Source: an uncultured virus (IMG/VR IMGVR_UViG_2061766007_002127) (lineage: Duplodnaviria; Heunggongvirae; Uroviricota; Caudoviricetes). From it: a stretch of DNA of 20,000 nucleotides. The stretch's first letter is position 1; each line of letters opens with the position of its first letter. This document shows positions 1-8,941 of the stretch, in pieces. Made by a program: the position numbers and the translations under genes. The notes under the pieces are model-generated. The model saw only the letters and a program-made list of their open reading frames with translations, was not told the DNA's origin and did no database searches. The stretch lies in IMG/VR virus record IMGVR_UViG_2061766007_002127; one strand, written 5' to 3'.

Positions 1-106
1 CTAGGAACCCGTTGATTACAAGGAACGACAGGCATGCGTCCCTGTCCTCCCTCGGCAGTTTCCTCACGGCGTCGTACAATGTGTCGAGCGTCCTGTCGTC
101 AACCAT
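1..106 (-). CDS. Hypothetical protein, 5' part only (runs off the window)
   Basis: ATG at 106 overlaps the end of the upstream ORF; reads MVDDRTLDTLYDAVRKLPREDRDACLSFLVINGFL with no stop before the edge. Confidence 0.6.
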   Translation of the reverse strand, partial: MVDDRTLDTLYDAVRKLPREDRDACLSFLVINGFL

Positions 107-491
107 TCTTCCTCTCCTCTATCAATGCGAGCCTCTTCTCCTCCCTTTCCCTCCACTCGGACACCTTCCTCTCGTGGTGCAGGTCGTACATCATGTGCTC
201 TGCGAGGAACGGGCATGACGACTGCCCCTCCTTCAGATGGATTTTCCACATGAAGTCCTCGGCGTTCCCCTCGTACATGCCTATCTCGTCGGAGCCCCGC
301 ACCCTGTCCCAGCCAGGAGGGGGGTTCTCAATGAACTCGGACGCATCCTCTATCTCGACGAAGTTGCACGTGTCGCCGAACCTCGTCGAGGAGTCGTTCA
401 TGGACAGGTACCACCTGCCCTCGGAATTCCTCAGGATGCAACGGGGGTTCGACCCCTTCCCACACTGGTGCCTGCAGAAGTTCAGGTTCAT
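99..491 (-). CDS. Hypothetical protein (130 aa)
   Basis: MNLNFCRHQCGKG...LIEERKNG*. ATG at 491 overlaps the upstream TGA (ATGA, 488-491). The longer 99..1079 ORF is an artefact of N gaps. Confidence 0.75.
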   Translation of the reverse strand: MNLNFCRHQCGKGSNPRCILRNSEGRWYLSMNDSSTRFGDTCNFVEIEDASEFIENPPPGWDRVRGSDEIGMYEGNAEDFMWKIHLKEGQSSCPFLAEHMMYDLHHERKVSEWREREEKRLALIEERKNG

Positions 492-1869
492 TTCTTCTCG
501 TCCTCGTCGTCGTCCCATCCGAGGAGCTTCTTCATCTTGTCGAACTCCTTCTGCTGGTCCTTGTCGAACATCCCGTCGAGCCCGCCCATCTCGCTGGCAA
601 TCCTGTCGACAGCCTTCTGGTTGTCGTCGTGCTGTCCGTCGGTGAACTCGGAAGCCCTCTCGTCCTTGATGAAGTGCTGTACCTTGGAAGCCTCCAGCTT
701 CATCGGCTCNNNNNNNNNNNNNNNNNNNNNNNGAGATGTTCCTGACGGCATGCACCTTCCTCATCGTGATGGTGATGTCGTCTATCAGGCACGGGAAGTT
801 CCCGTTCGTGTCGAAGCCCTCGAAGCGTTCCACGCCATGCTCCATCGCGTGATGGACGTAGCCCTCGCCAGTAGGCACGTCGCCGCCGTCCTCGACAATC
901 GANNNNNNNNNNNNNNNNNNNNNNNNNNNNNNNNNNNNNNNNNNNNNNNNNNNNNNNNNNNNNNNNNNNNNNNNNNNNNNNNNNNNNNNNNNNNNNNNNN
1001 NNNNNNNNNNNNNNNNNNNNNNNGCACCATACGCTCGTGTTGACGAAGTAGAACACGTTGTCCACGTCCTTGCTGTCATCGTTGCAATTGCCGCAATTGC
1101 ATTTCGCCTCCTCGAGCTTGGACTTCATTCCGTTGAGCTTCTCGATGAGGTCTTTCAGACCGTCCATGTCCAGACCTGGGATGGCAGACTGCCCATGAGC
1201 CTTCTCTGCCTCGTCGTCCTCGTCGGTGCTCCACATTCCGTCTGGCACACTGCCGTTTGGCTTGCGTGCCCCGATTGTCTGGAACGTCGTTCCGTCGGAG
1301 TGCATACCGTCTGGACGGTGGTGGAAGAAGTCCTCGATGTCCTTCATCATCTTGTTCGCGTCGAGATGGTCGTTCTCGTGAGCCTCCTCGACGCCGTCCT
1401 CGTACAGCTCGTCGGCATTCTCCTCGCTCCCGTATGCGCACCATTCCCTCTCGCACAGGAGATTGCCCTTCTCGGGGACGTATGCCTTCACGATTCCGTC
1501 CTCGACGTACAGGATGGCGTTCAGGGGAACCTCCCAGTCGCCGCCACAGTCGAACCCGAAGAACAATTCGCCCTTCGATGTCCTGTTAAGACCGTCGAAC
1601 CCCTCTCCGTTCGTGTATTCGCCGCCAGCAGCGACGTTCTCCGTGTCGACGTTCACGTTGAAACGGTTGTCATATGTGATGACGCTGATGATGTCGTAGA
1701 TGCTCTCGTTCGCGATTCGCTCCCAGTCGTCCCTGTCGACATCGTCGAACGTCTTGTAGTCGTCTGCGTAGTCGGAATTTGCTTCTGGGTCTCTCAGCGT
1801 CTCAAGGACGGCACGGAAGAACTCCTTCTCGTCCGTGCAGATGTTTCTTTTCACTGTCTTCTTTCTCAT
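488..1869 (-). CDS. Acidic hypothetical protein (~450 aa, two N gaps) with a GGDWEVP motif
   Basis: AAGGAG RBS before ATG 1869 (MRKKTVKRN...). Coding pieces in three frames join across gaps 903-1023 and 710-732 and end ...DDDEDEKK*. Could be two genes if a stop lies in a gap. Confidence 0.7.
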
Positions 1870-1916
1870 TGGAAATCTCCTTTGTTGCTTGTGGAAAACT
1901 GAAAATTCTCTTTCAC

Positions 1917-1946
1917 ATAATATGCCCCGTTTCCACGAAAAGTCAA
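1917..1946 (-). promoter_or_regulatory. Sigma70-like promoter TTGACT-N18-TATTAT (class A)
   Basis: Minus strand TTGACTtttcgtggaaacggggcaTATTAT upstream of ATG 1869; same layout at 6141-6170 and 7744-7773. Confidence 0.65.
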
Positions 1947-2014
1947 GCTCGGATTCCACATTTCGGTTATCGTCGCCACATTGTTTTACATTCCAGACAC
2001 ATGGAGGAGCAGAC

Positions 2015-2245
2015 ATGAACCAGTTCGGAACGGAAAACGCGAAGGCGATATGCCACAGGCTCGAAATGGAGGAGTCCATAATCAGGGACATGATGAACCA
2101 GCTTTCCCAGCTCAAGGCGAACCAGCACTCCGAGTTCACGGAGTACGACAAGAGCACGCTGGAGTATTCAATGAAAAAGGCAGGCGAGGCAGTCGAGTGC
2201 CTGCACCTGTCCACGCTGAACCTCAAGGGAATTCTGCCGAACTAG
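2015..2245 (+). CDS. Small helical hypothetical protein (76 aa), opposite strand
   Basis: GGAGGAG RBS before ATG 2015; MNQFGTENAKAICHRLE...GILPN*; its TAG overlaps the methyltransferase stop in CTAG 2242-2245. Confidence 0.75.
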   Translation: MNQFGTENAKAICHRLEMEESIIRDMMNQLSQLKANQHSEFTEYDKSTLEYSMKKAGEAVECLHLSTLNLKGILPN

Positions 2246-2994
2246 AACAGGTCCATCTGGCTGGACGGCTCGGCTTTCCTCCCGAGCGTGCCATTCAATC
2301 TGTCCACTATGATGCTGGCGTACTTCGCGTTTATCTCGCATCCCACGCATCTGCGACCGAGCTCCCTCGACGCCAGCAATGTCGAGCCTATCCCAGCGAA
2401 CGGCTCGAACACGAGGTCTCCAGCGTTCGACGAGTTGCGCACCAGCGTCTTCATGAGCTCCACTGGCTTCTCCGTGTCGTGCATGTTGGAGCCGTCCTCG
2501 TTCTTGAGCTTCTTGATTGGAATGCTCAGGATGTCTGGGGTCGAGAAGTCGTTTATGTCCCTCGCAGAGCCTCTCCTGAACATCAGGATGTACTCGAAGC
2601 AGTTCATGTAGAACCTGCCGCAAATCTTGTTGCCCTTGTCCCATATCAGGGACTTTATGAATCTGAACCCAGCGTCGGTCGCGGCGTTCAGGCACTCCAT
2701 CAGGTTGACGTGGTTGACCATCACGTAGCAGTGCGTGCCGTCCTTCAGTATCCTGTGGAACTCTGGGAGGTAGTCGGAGAACTGGATGTCGTTGTCGTCG
2801 AATATCCTGCCGTTCCCAGCCTCCTTGCTTCTCCAGTATCCACCCATGGTGCCAGTCGTGCCCTTCGTCGTGACACGGTACGGGGGGTCGGTGCATATCA
2901 GGTCGACGGATTCGTCTGCCATGCCTGCCATGACCTCCATCGCGCCTGCGTTGTAGAGCGTGATGCCGTCCCTGTCGTACACTGGCTCGCTCAT
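2242..2994 (-). CDS. DNA methyltransferase, N6-adenine/N4-cytosine, beta class
   Basis: Catalytic DPPY near N-terminus (SVDLICTDPPY), HDTEKP, and C-terminal SAM-binding EPFAGIGST followed by GCEI. Confidence 0.92.
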   Translation of the reverse strand: MSEPVYDRDGITLYNAGAMEVMAGMADESVDLICTDPPYRVTTKGTTGTMGGYWRSKEAGNGRIFDDNDIQFSDYLPEFHRILKDGTHCYVMVNHVNLMECLNAATDAGFRFIKSLIWDKGNKICGRFYMNCFEYILMFRRGSARDINDFSTPDILSIPIKKLKNEDGSNMHDTEKPVELMKTLVRNSSNAGDLVFEPFAGIGSTLLASRELGRRCVGCEINAKYASIIVDRLNGTLGRKAEPSSQMDLF

Positions 2995-3548
2995 TTCAGA
3001 CTCCCCAGTATGAANNNNNNNNNNNNNNNNNNNNNNNNCATCTCGATTGCGTGGACGCCCCAGTCCTCAAGCAGTCCCCTGATAATCATGTCTATCTTCC
3101 ACTGGAAGTACGTGTTCACCGTCCTGATGCCGTTGTCCTCAAGCCAGCCGTTCCTGTACGGGAAGTAGAACAGGTGCGTGTAGTTCGCCATGTTCTCCCT
3201 GCATATCCTCTCCAGCATCGAAATCTCGTCTGGGGAGTACTTCTCGACGGACAGCAACGAGTACGCGAAGCACTCCAGCGTCGTCCTGTCCGTGACGAAC
3301 CCACCCGTCATCAACTGCTCCTGGTTGATTTTCCTGTCGACAATCTCGTACTCGATTTCCTTCTCAGACAGGAACTTCTCGACGCACTCGCACTTCGACA
3401 CGTCGTACCCACGCGCATTCAGCAACGGTCTCGTGATGTCCTTCGACTTGAGGAACACGATGTCAAGTGCTTTCCCGATTTCAGTGGCGACGCCCGACTT
3501 CCCGAGCCCAGCGCTCCCGATAAGACCAATTTTGTATATGTCTGCCAT
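2991..3548 (-). CDS. P-loop ATPase/kinase (AAA_28 / NMP kinase-like)
   Basis: Walker A GSAGLGKS, VTDRTTLE motif, C-terminal EDNGIR; AGGAG RBS before ATG 3548 (MADIYKIG). Confidence 0.75.
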   Translation of the reverse strand: MADIYKIGLIGSAGLGKSGVATEIGKALDIVFLKSKDITRPLLNARGYDVSKCECVEKFLSEKEIEYEIVDRKINQEQLMTGGFVTDRTTLECFAYSLLSVEKYSPDEISMLERICRENMANYTHLFYFPYRNGWLEDNGIRTVNTYFQWKIDMIIRGLLEDWGVHAIEMXXXXXXXXFILGSLK

Positions 3549-3571
3549 TTCAGTTGTTCTCCTTCTGGGGA

Positions 3572-3582
3572 AATATGGCTTG
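3572..3582 (-). promoter_or_regulatory. Conserved upstream motif CAAGCCATATT (class B)
   Basis: Exact 11-mer 23 nt upstream of ATG 3548; identical copies at 6934-6944 and 16445-16455. Confidence 0.6.
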
Positions 3583-3584
3583 GA

Positions 3585-3617
3585 AAACAAAAAAAGCCGA
3601 GCATCCCTGTTCGGCTT
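3585..3617 (-). terminator. Intrinsic terminator
   Basis: Minus strand AAGCCGAACA-ggga-TGCTCGGCTT hairpin followed by TTTTTGTTTT, just after the 3639 stop. Confidence 0.75.
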
Positions 3618-3638
3618 GTGGAAAACGTCTGGTCGCGC

Positions 3639-4121
3639 CTACTCCATCAGCACCCTCGTCAGGTGTATGCCCACCATGTCCTTCGGTCGGTACACGTACA
3701 GGCTGTTCCTGTTCATGCCGTCGAACAACGGGAAGAGCCTCTCCTCAAGGAGCATCTGCCTGACCATGTCCTTCGAGTACGTCCCGTTCCATCTCGACCT
3801 GTTGTCGAGCACGTACTGCGAATATTCCTCCTGAAGCCCGTTGTCGTCTATGAATGACCTCATGGCGCTCTCAGAGCTCAGGTACCCCACGCTGTCGCCA
3901 GTCTCCCTCTGGATGTACGCCCTGTACTCGTCGTAGCGCTCGGCGACGAAGCCCCTCAGACCGTGGTGGTCGTCGTCCTGCACCCCGTCGATGACCATCT
4001 GGACTATATCAGGAAGCCCGAGCTCCTCCTCGGAGAGGAACACGGACTTCATGAACCCGACGACCATCTGGGTGCTTACGCCCCTGACGACCTCCCAGTG
4101 GATTGAATCGCTACTCGCCAC
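3639..4121 (-). CDS. Hypothetical protein (160 aa)
   Basis: Open frame with the local codon style; GTG start overlaps the end of the ferritin gene. Confidence 0.75.
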   Translation of the reverse strand: MASSDSIHWEVVRGVSTQMVVGFMKSVFLSEEELGLPDIVQMVIDGVQDDDHHGLRGFVAERYDEYRAYIQRETGDSVGYLSSESAMRSFIDDNGLQEEYSQYVLDNRSRWNGTYSKDMVRQMLLEERLFPLFDGMNRNSLYVYRPKDMVGIHLTRVLME

Positions 4122-4643
4122 AGAATTCCTCTTTCAGCATCTCAAGGTCGTACTTGTGCTCGCACTCGTCTGCCAGAATGGAACGGCAGAGGCGCATGGT
4201 GACCTCATCGACGCCCTTGCAGTAGTCGATAATCTTCTCGTAGTAGGCGATGGCGTCTGCCTCTGCCTTGATGGTGATGGACAGCTCCTCGCATACGTCG
4301 CTGGAATTCACCTCGGTCCACGGGTTGCCGAGCGTCTGCCACTCGTTCGGGTTGAAGATGGGCGTGCCGCCGAGCTGCTTGATGCGCTCCATAATCTTCT
4401 CGGCATGCTCCTTCTCCTCCTTCTCGTGCTGTTCGAATTCGTCCATCGAATCGCAACGACCGTTTCCACGGACGAGATGCTTGCACACCCAGTACTGGTA
4501 GGAGGNNNNNNNNNNNNNNNNNNNNNNNNNNNNNNNNNNNNNNNNNNNNNNNCGTTCCTGTCCGTTTTTGTCTTGTTCTCGTCCACGAGACCCTCAAGAG
4601 CCTGTATGTACTGGTCGATTTCTCCTGCTGTGACTTTTTTCAT
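4111..4643 (-). CDS. Ferritin-like protein, DPSL/bacterioferritin type
   Basis: YQYW...EQHEKEEKEHAEKIMERIKQLGGTP...IKAEADAIAYY...ILADECEHKYDL: two ExxH di-iron motifs and the ERIxQLGGTP signature. N-terminus MKKVTAGE (ATG 4643) joined across gap 4506-4552. Confidence 0.88.
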
Positions 4644-4686
4644 CTTCTTTCTCCGATTATGGTACATGGTTCAAAAACACAAACGC

Positions 4687-4706
4687 CACAATTATTCTAC
4701 CATCAT
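4687..4706 (-). promoter_or_regulatory. Upstream motif ATGATGGTAGAATAATTGTG (class C, extended -10-like)
   Basis: 17/20 identical to 8895-8914; lies between a terminator and the ferritin start. Confidence 0.55.
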
Positions 4707-4708
4707 AT

Positions 4709-4740
4709 AAACAAAAAAGTCCACGGATTGCCATGGACTT
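4709..4740 (-). terminator. Intrinsic terminator
   Basis: Minus strand AAGTCCATGG-caat-CCGTGGACTT followed by TTTTGTTT, after the 4767 stop. Confidence 0.75.
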
Positions 4741-4766
4741 CGGTTTTTACCCAAGGGGGGCGTCGT

Positions 4767-5330
4767 CTATTCCTTCATCAGCCTCCTGTGGCTGGAGAGG
4801 ATGTCGTTCGCCTTTCCGACGTTCATCCTGCGTTGCTCCATCCTGTCGACGTCCTCCTCGGTGATGGAGGTCTTAATCCTGACCAGCCCTGCCGTGACCA
4901 AATCCTTCATCGACTGCAACGCAAATCCCTTCGCCTTCCATCCCTCGTAGTACATCGCCGTGCCGTCCTTCCTCGCACGAAGCTCCTCAAGCCTGTCGCT
5001 CCACTCCTGAAGCTCCTTCTCGTGCTTCGTGTTCATCAGGGACTCGATGTTCTTCTGCGTGTCCTTCTGACCAGACTTTCGTATCGTCACGCTGCACACG
5101 TCGTACAGCTCGGCGTACCTCGCCTTGTACCTGCGCTCCATCTCGTTGTACTCTGCCTCTGCCTTCTTCGCCAGCGTCCCGTAGTACGCTATGCCAGCAG
5201 CCTGCACCCTGAGCGACTCGAGGAAGTTCTCCTCCGTCACCTGAAGCGCGTCGTAGTCAGGCTCGTCGAACCTGTATGCGTCGAATTCTATGTTGCTCCC
5301 CTTCTCGAATGCCTCGTCGAACTTGTCCAT
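4767..5330 (-). CDS. UvsY-like recombination mediator (putative)
   Basis: Helical/coiled-coil 187 aa; LQVTEENFLESLRVQ...YYGTL...YAELY...KGFALQSM pattern resembles T4-like UvsY proteins (by eye). Confidence 0.55.
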   Translation of the reverse strand: MDKFDEAFEKGSNIEFDAYRFDEPDYDALQVTEENFLESLRVQAAGIAYYGTLAKKAEAEYNEMERRYKARYAELYDVCSVTIRKSGQKDTQKNIESLMNTKHEKELQEWSDRLEELRARKDGTAMYYEGWKAKGFALQSMKDLVTAGLVRIKTSITEEDVDRMEQRRMNVGKANDILSSHRRLMKE

Positions 5331-5334
5331 GTCT

Positions 5335-6033
5335 TCACCCCTGCGCGTTCGCCACAGCCTTGCCAGTGCTTTTCAGCCTCGCGTTCCTGTAGCCCATCTT
5401 CATCTCAACGTCGTAGTCTGGGTCGCTACTGTCAATCATGACGTTCCAAGCCATGTCCTGGAACTTCTCAAGCATCATCCCTGCCGCCAGCGCCGACATC
5501 TTCAGGCTGTCGACCACGTCGGACAGGCACCCAGGCTTGCCCTTGAACACGATTTCGTCGCCCACTGCGATGTATGCGTAGTGGGACACCTTCCCGTCGC
5601 ACTCCCTCCTGCGTATGCAGACGTCGAAGTCCTTGCCGTCCCTGTCCATCAGGTACAGCGTCCTCGACAGCGACGAGAAGCACTTCACACCGAAGTCGTC
5701 GTCCATAGGAGGCAACGCCTCCCATCCGACCGACTTCACTATCCTTGCGCCGTCCTTCTTGACCTTGTCGCAACGGTCGAGTATGGCGAACACGATGTCT
5801 GCGCAACGGGATATCCTCGACATGAGGTTCTCCATCGTCGTGTAGGGGTCTTCGCCCTTCTCGTTGAACATCGTGTAGCCTAGCTCCTTCGTCCCGTTCT
5901 GCTTGAGCGACACACCTGCGATGTAGTAGACGCTCGAACTGGCTCCCCAGACGGATTTCCTAATCTTCTTGAGGTTCACCACCATGTTGCTCCGTGGGAC
6001 ATCCCACGCCTGCGAACTGACCATTGTCTCCAT
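5335..6033 (-). CDS. Hypothetical protein (232 aa)
   Basis: Long open frame with typical codon style, preceded by a class A promoter. Confidence 0.8.
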   Translation of the reverse strand: METMVSSQAWDVPRSNMVVNLKKIRKSVWGASSSVYYIAGVSLKQNGTKELGYTMFNEKGEDPYTTMENLMSRISRCADIVFAILDRCDKVKKDGARIVKSVGWEALPPMDDDFGVKCFSSLSRTLYLMDRDGKDFDVCIRRRECDGKVSHYAYIAVGDEIVFKGKPGCLSDVVDSLKMSALAAGMMLEKFQDMAWNVMIDSSDPDYDVEMKMGYRNARLKSTGKAVANAQG

Positions 6034-6140
6034 GATTTATTTCAACTCACATCATTAAAACTGCACAAAATCCGACATTTTAAGGATGAATCTCAAATCG
6101 AGAACTTGGAAGCCAAGTCGGAATTTGTTTCCAAGCGTCT

Positions 6141-6170
6141 ATAATATGATGCGTTACCGTAAAAATTCAA
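6141..6170 (-). promoter_or_regulatory. Sigma70-like promoter TTGAAT-N18-TATTAT (class A)
   Basis: Minus strand TTGAATttttacggtaacgcatcaTATTAT in AT-rich intergenic DNA. Confidence 0.55.
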
Positions 6171-6171
6171 G

Positions 6172-6909
6172 CTACATCCCCGTCCTTTTCAGCTCCTTCA
6201 CCTTCTCGTCCAGCCTCTCGCACGCGGCGATGCCGTCTGCATCTTCGTACTTCTTGGCGAACGCCTTCATGAGGTCGAAGAACTTCGATGCGGCGATGAC
6301 ACCGTTGTCGTAGTCGATTATCTTCTGGGCGAACCCAGAGCATGAAATCCTCTTCTGCAGGGGGAGGGCTATGTCGAGGAGCATCGTCCTCGTGCTCTCC
6401 TTGCTGATGTTCTCCTTCCTCATCCTCAGCTTGTCCTTCATCTGGTACAGGTACTTCTTCACGACGTAGTTGCTGCACATGTAGTTTATCTGGGGAGGCA
6501 TGAACTTCTTGTTCTCCTCAAGGGCGCAGTAGTCGTCGAAGAACCACTCGATGAACTCGATGTACGTGCCGCCCTCGGCTTTCAGCTCGTTTATCACCCT
6601 CGCGATGTTGCACTGGTTGACGGGCGTTATCGGGTCGGTGAACTCGAACGTTATCCTCTCAAGGTACTTCTTCTTGAAGCACGCGATGAAGCGGCGCTTC
6701 TCTGCAGTTATGCTCTCGTCGGAGTCGTCCCTCTCTCCAGCCCTGCCGACTGCCTCTGCTATCTTCAGCTCGTTCATCAGCGTGGTCAGGGCGACGTTCA
6801 CCTTCGGGGGGAGCCTCCCCCAGTCTGCGTCCGTAGCCCACTGGAAGACGTGGTTCCTTATGTCGTCGATAAGCTCTATGTATCTCGTAGGTCTGGTTCC
6901 AGCCATCAT
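6172..6909 (-). CDS. Hypothetical protein (245 aa)
   Basis: GAGGAG RBS, long open frame; no family recognised. Confidence 0.85.
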   Translation of the reverse strand: MMAGTRPTRYIELIDDIRNHVFQWATDADWGRLPPKVNVALTTLMNELKIAEAVGRAGERDDSDESITAEKRRFIACFKKKYLERITFEFTDPITPVNQCNIARVINELKAEGGTYIEFIEWFFDDYCALEENKKFMPPQINYMCSNYVVKKYLYQMKDKLRMRKENISKESTRTMLLDIALPLQKRISCSGFAQKIIDYDNGVIAASKFFDLMKAFAKKYEDADGIAACERLDEKVKELKRTGM

Positions 6910-6933
6910 TCACTCCTCATGGTTCAACAAGCA

Positions 6934-6944
6934 AATATGGCTTG
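6934..6944 (-). promoter_or_regulatory. Conserved upstream motif CAAGCCATATT (class B)
   Basis: Exact 11-mer 24 nt upstream of ATG 6909. Confidence 0.6.
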
Positions 6945-6949
6945 TAAAA

Positions 6950-7432
6950 TCAGATGTCCTTCGTCATCCTGTCGATTGACCTGACGAGCGACTCGTTCTC
7001 CGAGAGCATCAGCGTCGTGAGGTAGTCCTCGTGGTGCGTGTTCTTCAGCGCGATGATGACGCGGTTGAGGTACTTCTTCTCCTCGTCCATGAAATGGAGG
7101 AGGATGTCTGGCTTGTCGTACTTCTCTGCGAGGTCGATGACCTTGTTCGAGAACACCCTGTCGTCGATGCGAGACTGGATGACATCCATGGCGTCGTCCA
7201 GGTTGTAGCCATGTGCGCAGAGGCATTCGAGGCAACCTGCCGCGATGTGCTGGTTCTGGCTGGTCAGGAACTCCTTCATCCAGTCCAGCATCTCAAGCGT
7301 GTAGAACCTGTCCAGCCCTTTCGCGACCGTCCTGAACATCGCCTCCGAGAACATGCCACGGAGACACCTGCTCCTGAGCGCCTTGACGTTGTTCTCGGCA
7401 ATCCTGCCGTATGTGTTGGACACATCTGGCAT
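6950..7432 (-). CDS. Hypothetical all-helical protein (160 aa), possibly HEAT/ARM-like
   Basis: Start MPDVSNTY at 7432 lies just after the upstream stop; amphipathic helical pattern. Confidence 0.75.
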   Translation of the reverse strand: MPDVSNTYGRIAENNVKALRSRCLRGMFSEAMFRTVAKGLDRFYTLEMLDWMKEFLTSQNQHIAAGCLECLCAHGYNLDDAMDVIQSRIDDRVFSNKVIDLAEKYDKPDILLHFMDEEKKYLNRVIIALKNTHHEDYLTTLMLSENESLVRSIDRMTKDI

Positions 7433-7434
7433 GT

Positions 7435-7680
7435 TCACAGCACTCCAGCAAGCTTGATGATTGGCACCGACACAATCCACAACAATGAGAACACGCTAAT
7501 CAGCATGTCCTCGATGAACAGCAACACGCCGTCTGGAAGGCTTCCGAACACGTCGAGGCTTCTCTTGAACGACTGGAGGTTTTTTCTCGCCATTTTCATC
7601 GCCGTAGCCTGTATCGCGACTGCGACAACCATGTACAATGCCAGTGCAATCCATCCCATGATTTTCAATGTCGTCATCAT
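7435..7680 (-). CDS. Small membrane protein, two hydrophobic segments
   Basis: IMGWIALALYMVVAVAIQA and MLISVFSLLWIVSVPII; AAGGAG RBS. Confidence 0.75.
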   Translation of the reverse strand: MMTTLKIMGWIALALYMVVAVAIQATAMKMARKNLQSFKRSLDVFGSLPDGVLLFIEDMLISVFSLLWIVSVPIIKLAGVL

Positions 7681-7743
7681 TTCACAATCTCCTTTGCTAG
7701 AATTTTACCAACGGTTTCGACTAGCCATCTTGCCAGTCTGGAT

Positions 7744-7773
7744 ATAATATACGCCGTTTTTCGGATTTGTCAA
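7744..7773 (-). promoter_or_regulatory. Sigma70-like promoter TTGACA-N18-TATTAT (class A)
   Basis: Consensus -35 TTGACA at 7773-7768 and TATTAT at 7749-7744, directly downstream of a terminator. Confidence 0.7.
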
Positions 7774-7775
7774 AT

Positions 7776-7821
7776 GGAAAACGAAAAAATCGCCATGCTT
7801 TTTGAAAGGCATGGCGATTTT
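7776..7821 (-). terminator. Intrinsic terminator (possibly bidirectional)
   Basis: AAAATCGCCATGC...GCATGGCGATTTT inverted repeat with flanking A/T tracts after the 7843 stop. Confidence 0.85.
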
Positions 7822-7842
7822 CAATCATTCTAATCCGAAAGA

Positions 7843-8838
7843 CTAGAAGTGCTGGAGGTTTCCACTGAACACCCTCGCAAGTCCCTTGCCGACGCCGACG
7901 ACGACGGAAATGAGCTCGTTCACAATGTGGATGATTGTCTGCACGCCCTTCTCGACGCTTTCAGCCATTGAACGGACGGCATCCTTGATGTTCTCCCAGG
8001 CAGTGTCCATGGCATTGGAAATCTTTTCAAGTTCGGTTCCGACAACTTCTGCGACCTCGTCAGCCTTCTCGCCGATTGCGCCACCGACCTTCTTGGAAAC
8101 GGCGATGATTTTGTTGACGCCAGCGACGGCGAGCTTCCACGCGCCACTTGCAACCTTCCAGCCAATCCAAAGAGCGCCGATGATGACACCAATGGTGAAC
8201 TTGCCTATTGTCTTTCCAAGTTTTGCAGCCTTTTCCTTGACAAGGTCCATGAATCTGTTGAGACCATTGACGACAGACTGGATTCCGTCATGGATGCCCT
8301 TTGCGATGTCGATGATGAAATTCGCAGAATCCTTGACAGTCTGGGGGTCGAGGTCTCCGAGGCTCTCTGCCACAAGAACTTTGTGGGCAAGCTTCAGCCT
8401 CGCGTACCTTTGGCATTCTTTTTTGAGCTTCGCAGCCTTCAGATAAAGGTTGTGGGCAGCAAGGTTAATGGCATAGAAGTCCTTTACCTGCTTTTCGTTC
8501 GCATTGGCGATTTTAATGTCGCCGAGATATTTCGCCACGAAACTGTAGTTTTCCCTGTAAAGCTTCGAGCTTGCGCCCTTTTCATCCAGCTCCTTGACAT
8601 CATTTGCGAAATCCTTTGCAGATTCGCCGATTTCATTCATTCCCTGCGCAATTTCATTTCCGACTTCTTTGAATTCGGATGGATTGAAAAGCTCCTTCGC
8701 CTTCTCTGCCTCTTCCTTGTCATCGCCAGTGGATTCCTCATCTCCATTGCCAGCGACGAGCATCTTGGCGACCTTCAGAAGCTCGCGTGCGATGCGCGTC
8801 TCGTTGCTTCCTTCGTTCAGGTAGTAGTTCCTTCTCAT
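7843..8838 (-). CDS. Helical Ala/Lys/Gly-rich hypothetical protein (331 aa), possibly virion-associated
   Basis: AAGGAG RBS before ATG 8838 (MRRNYYLNEG); own promoter-like motif and terminator; amphipathic helical C-terminal half with one hydrophobic stretch. Confidence 0.8.
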   Translation of the reverse strand: MRRNYYLNEGSNETRIARELLKVAKMLVAGNGDEESTGDDKEEAEKAKELFNPSEFKEVGNEIAQGMNEIGESAKDFANDVKELDEKGASSKLYRENYSFVAKYLGDIKIANANEKQVKDFYAINLAAHNLYLKAAKLKKECQRYARLKLAHKVLVAESLGDLDPQTVKDSANFIIDIAKGIHDGIQSVVNGLNRFMDLVKEKAAKLGKTIGKFTIGVIIGALWIGWKVASGAWKLAVAGVNKIIAVSKKVGGAIGEKADEVAEVVGTELEKISNAMDTAWENIKDAVRSMAESVEKGVQTIIHIVNELISVVVGVGKGLARVFSGNLQHF

Positions 8839-8894
8839 TTCGTTCTCTCCTTTCGTGAGTTTATGGATATGTTCAAACAAACCAATGGAAATCA

Positions 8895-8914
8895 CACGAT
8901 AATTATACCATCAT
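8895..8914 (-). promoter_or_regulatory. Upstream motif ATGATGGTATAATTATCGTG (class C; TGnTATAAT)
   Basis: Perfect extended -10; 17/20 match to 4687-4706. Confidence 0.6.
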
Positions 8915-8941
8915 GCCGATATAAGCCGAAAGTTAAAATGT

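Noticed and set aside
2242..2994. Methyltransferase as part of a restriction-modification system
   Set aside because: No adjacent nuclease recognised; looks like an orphan phage methyltransferase.
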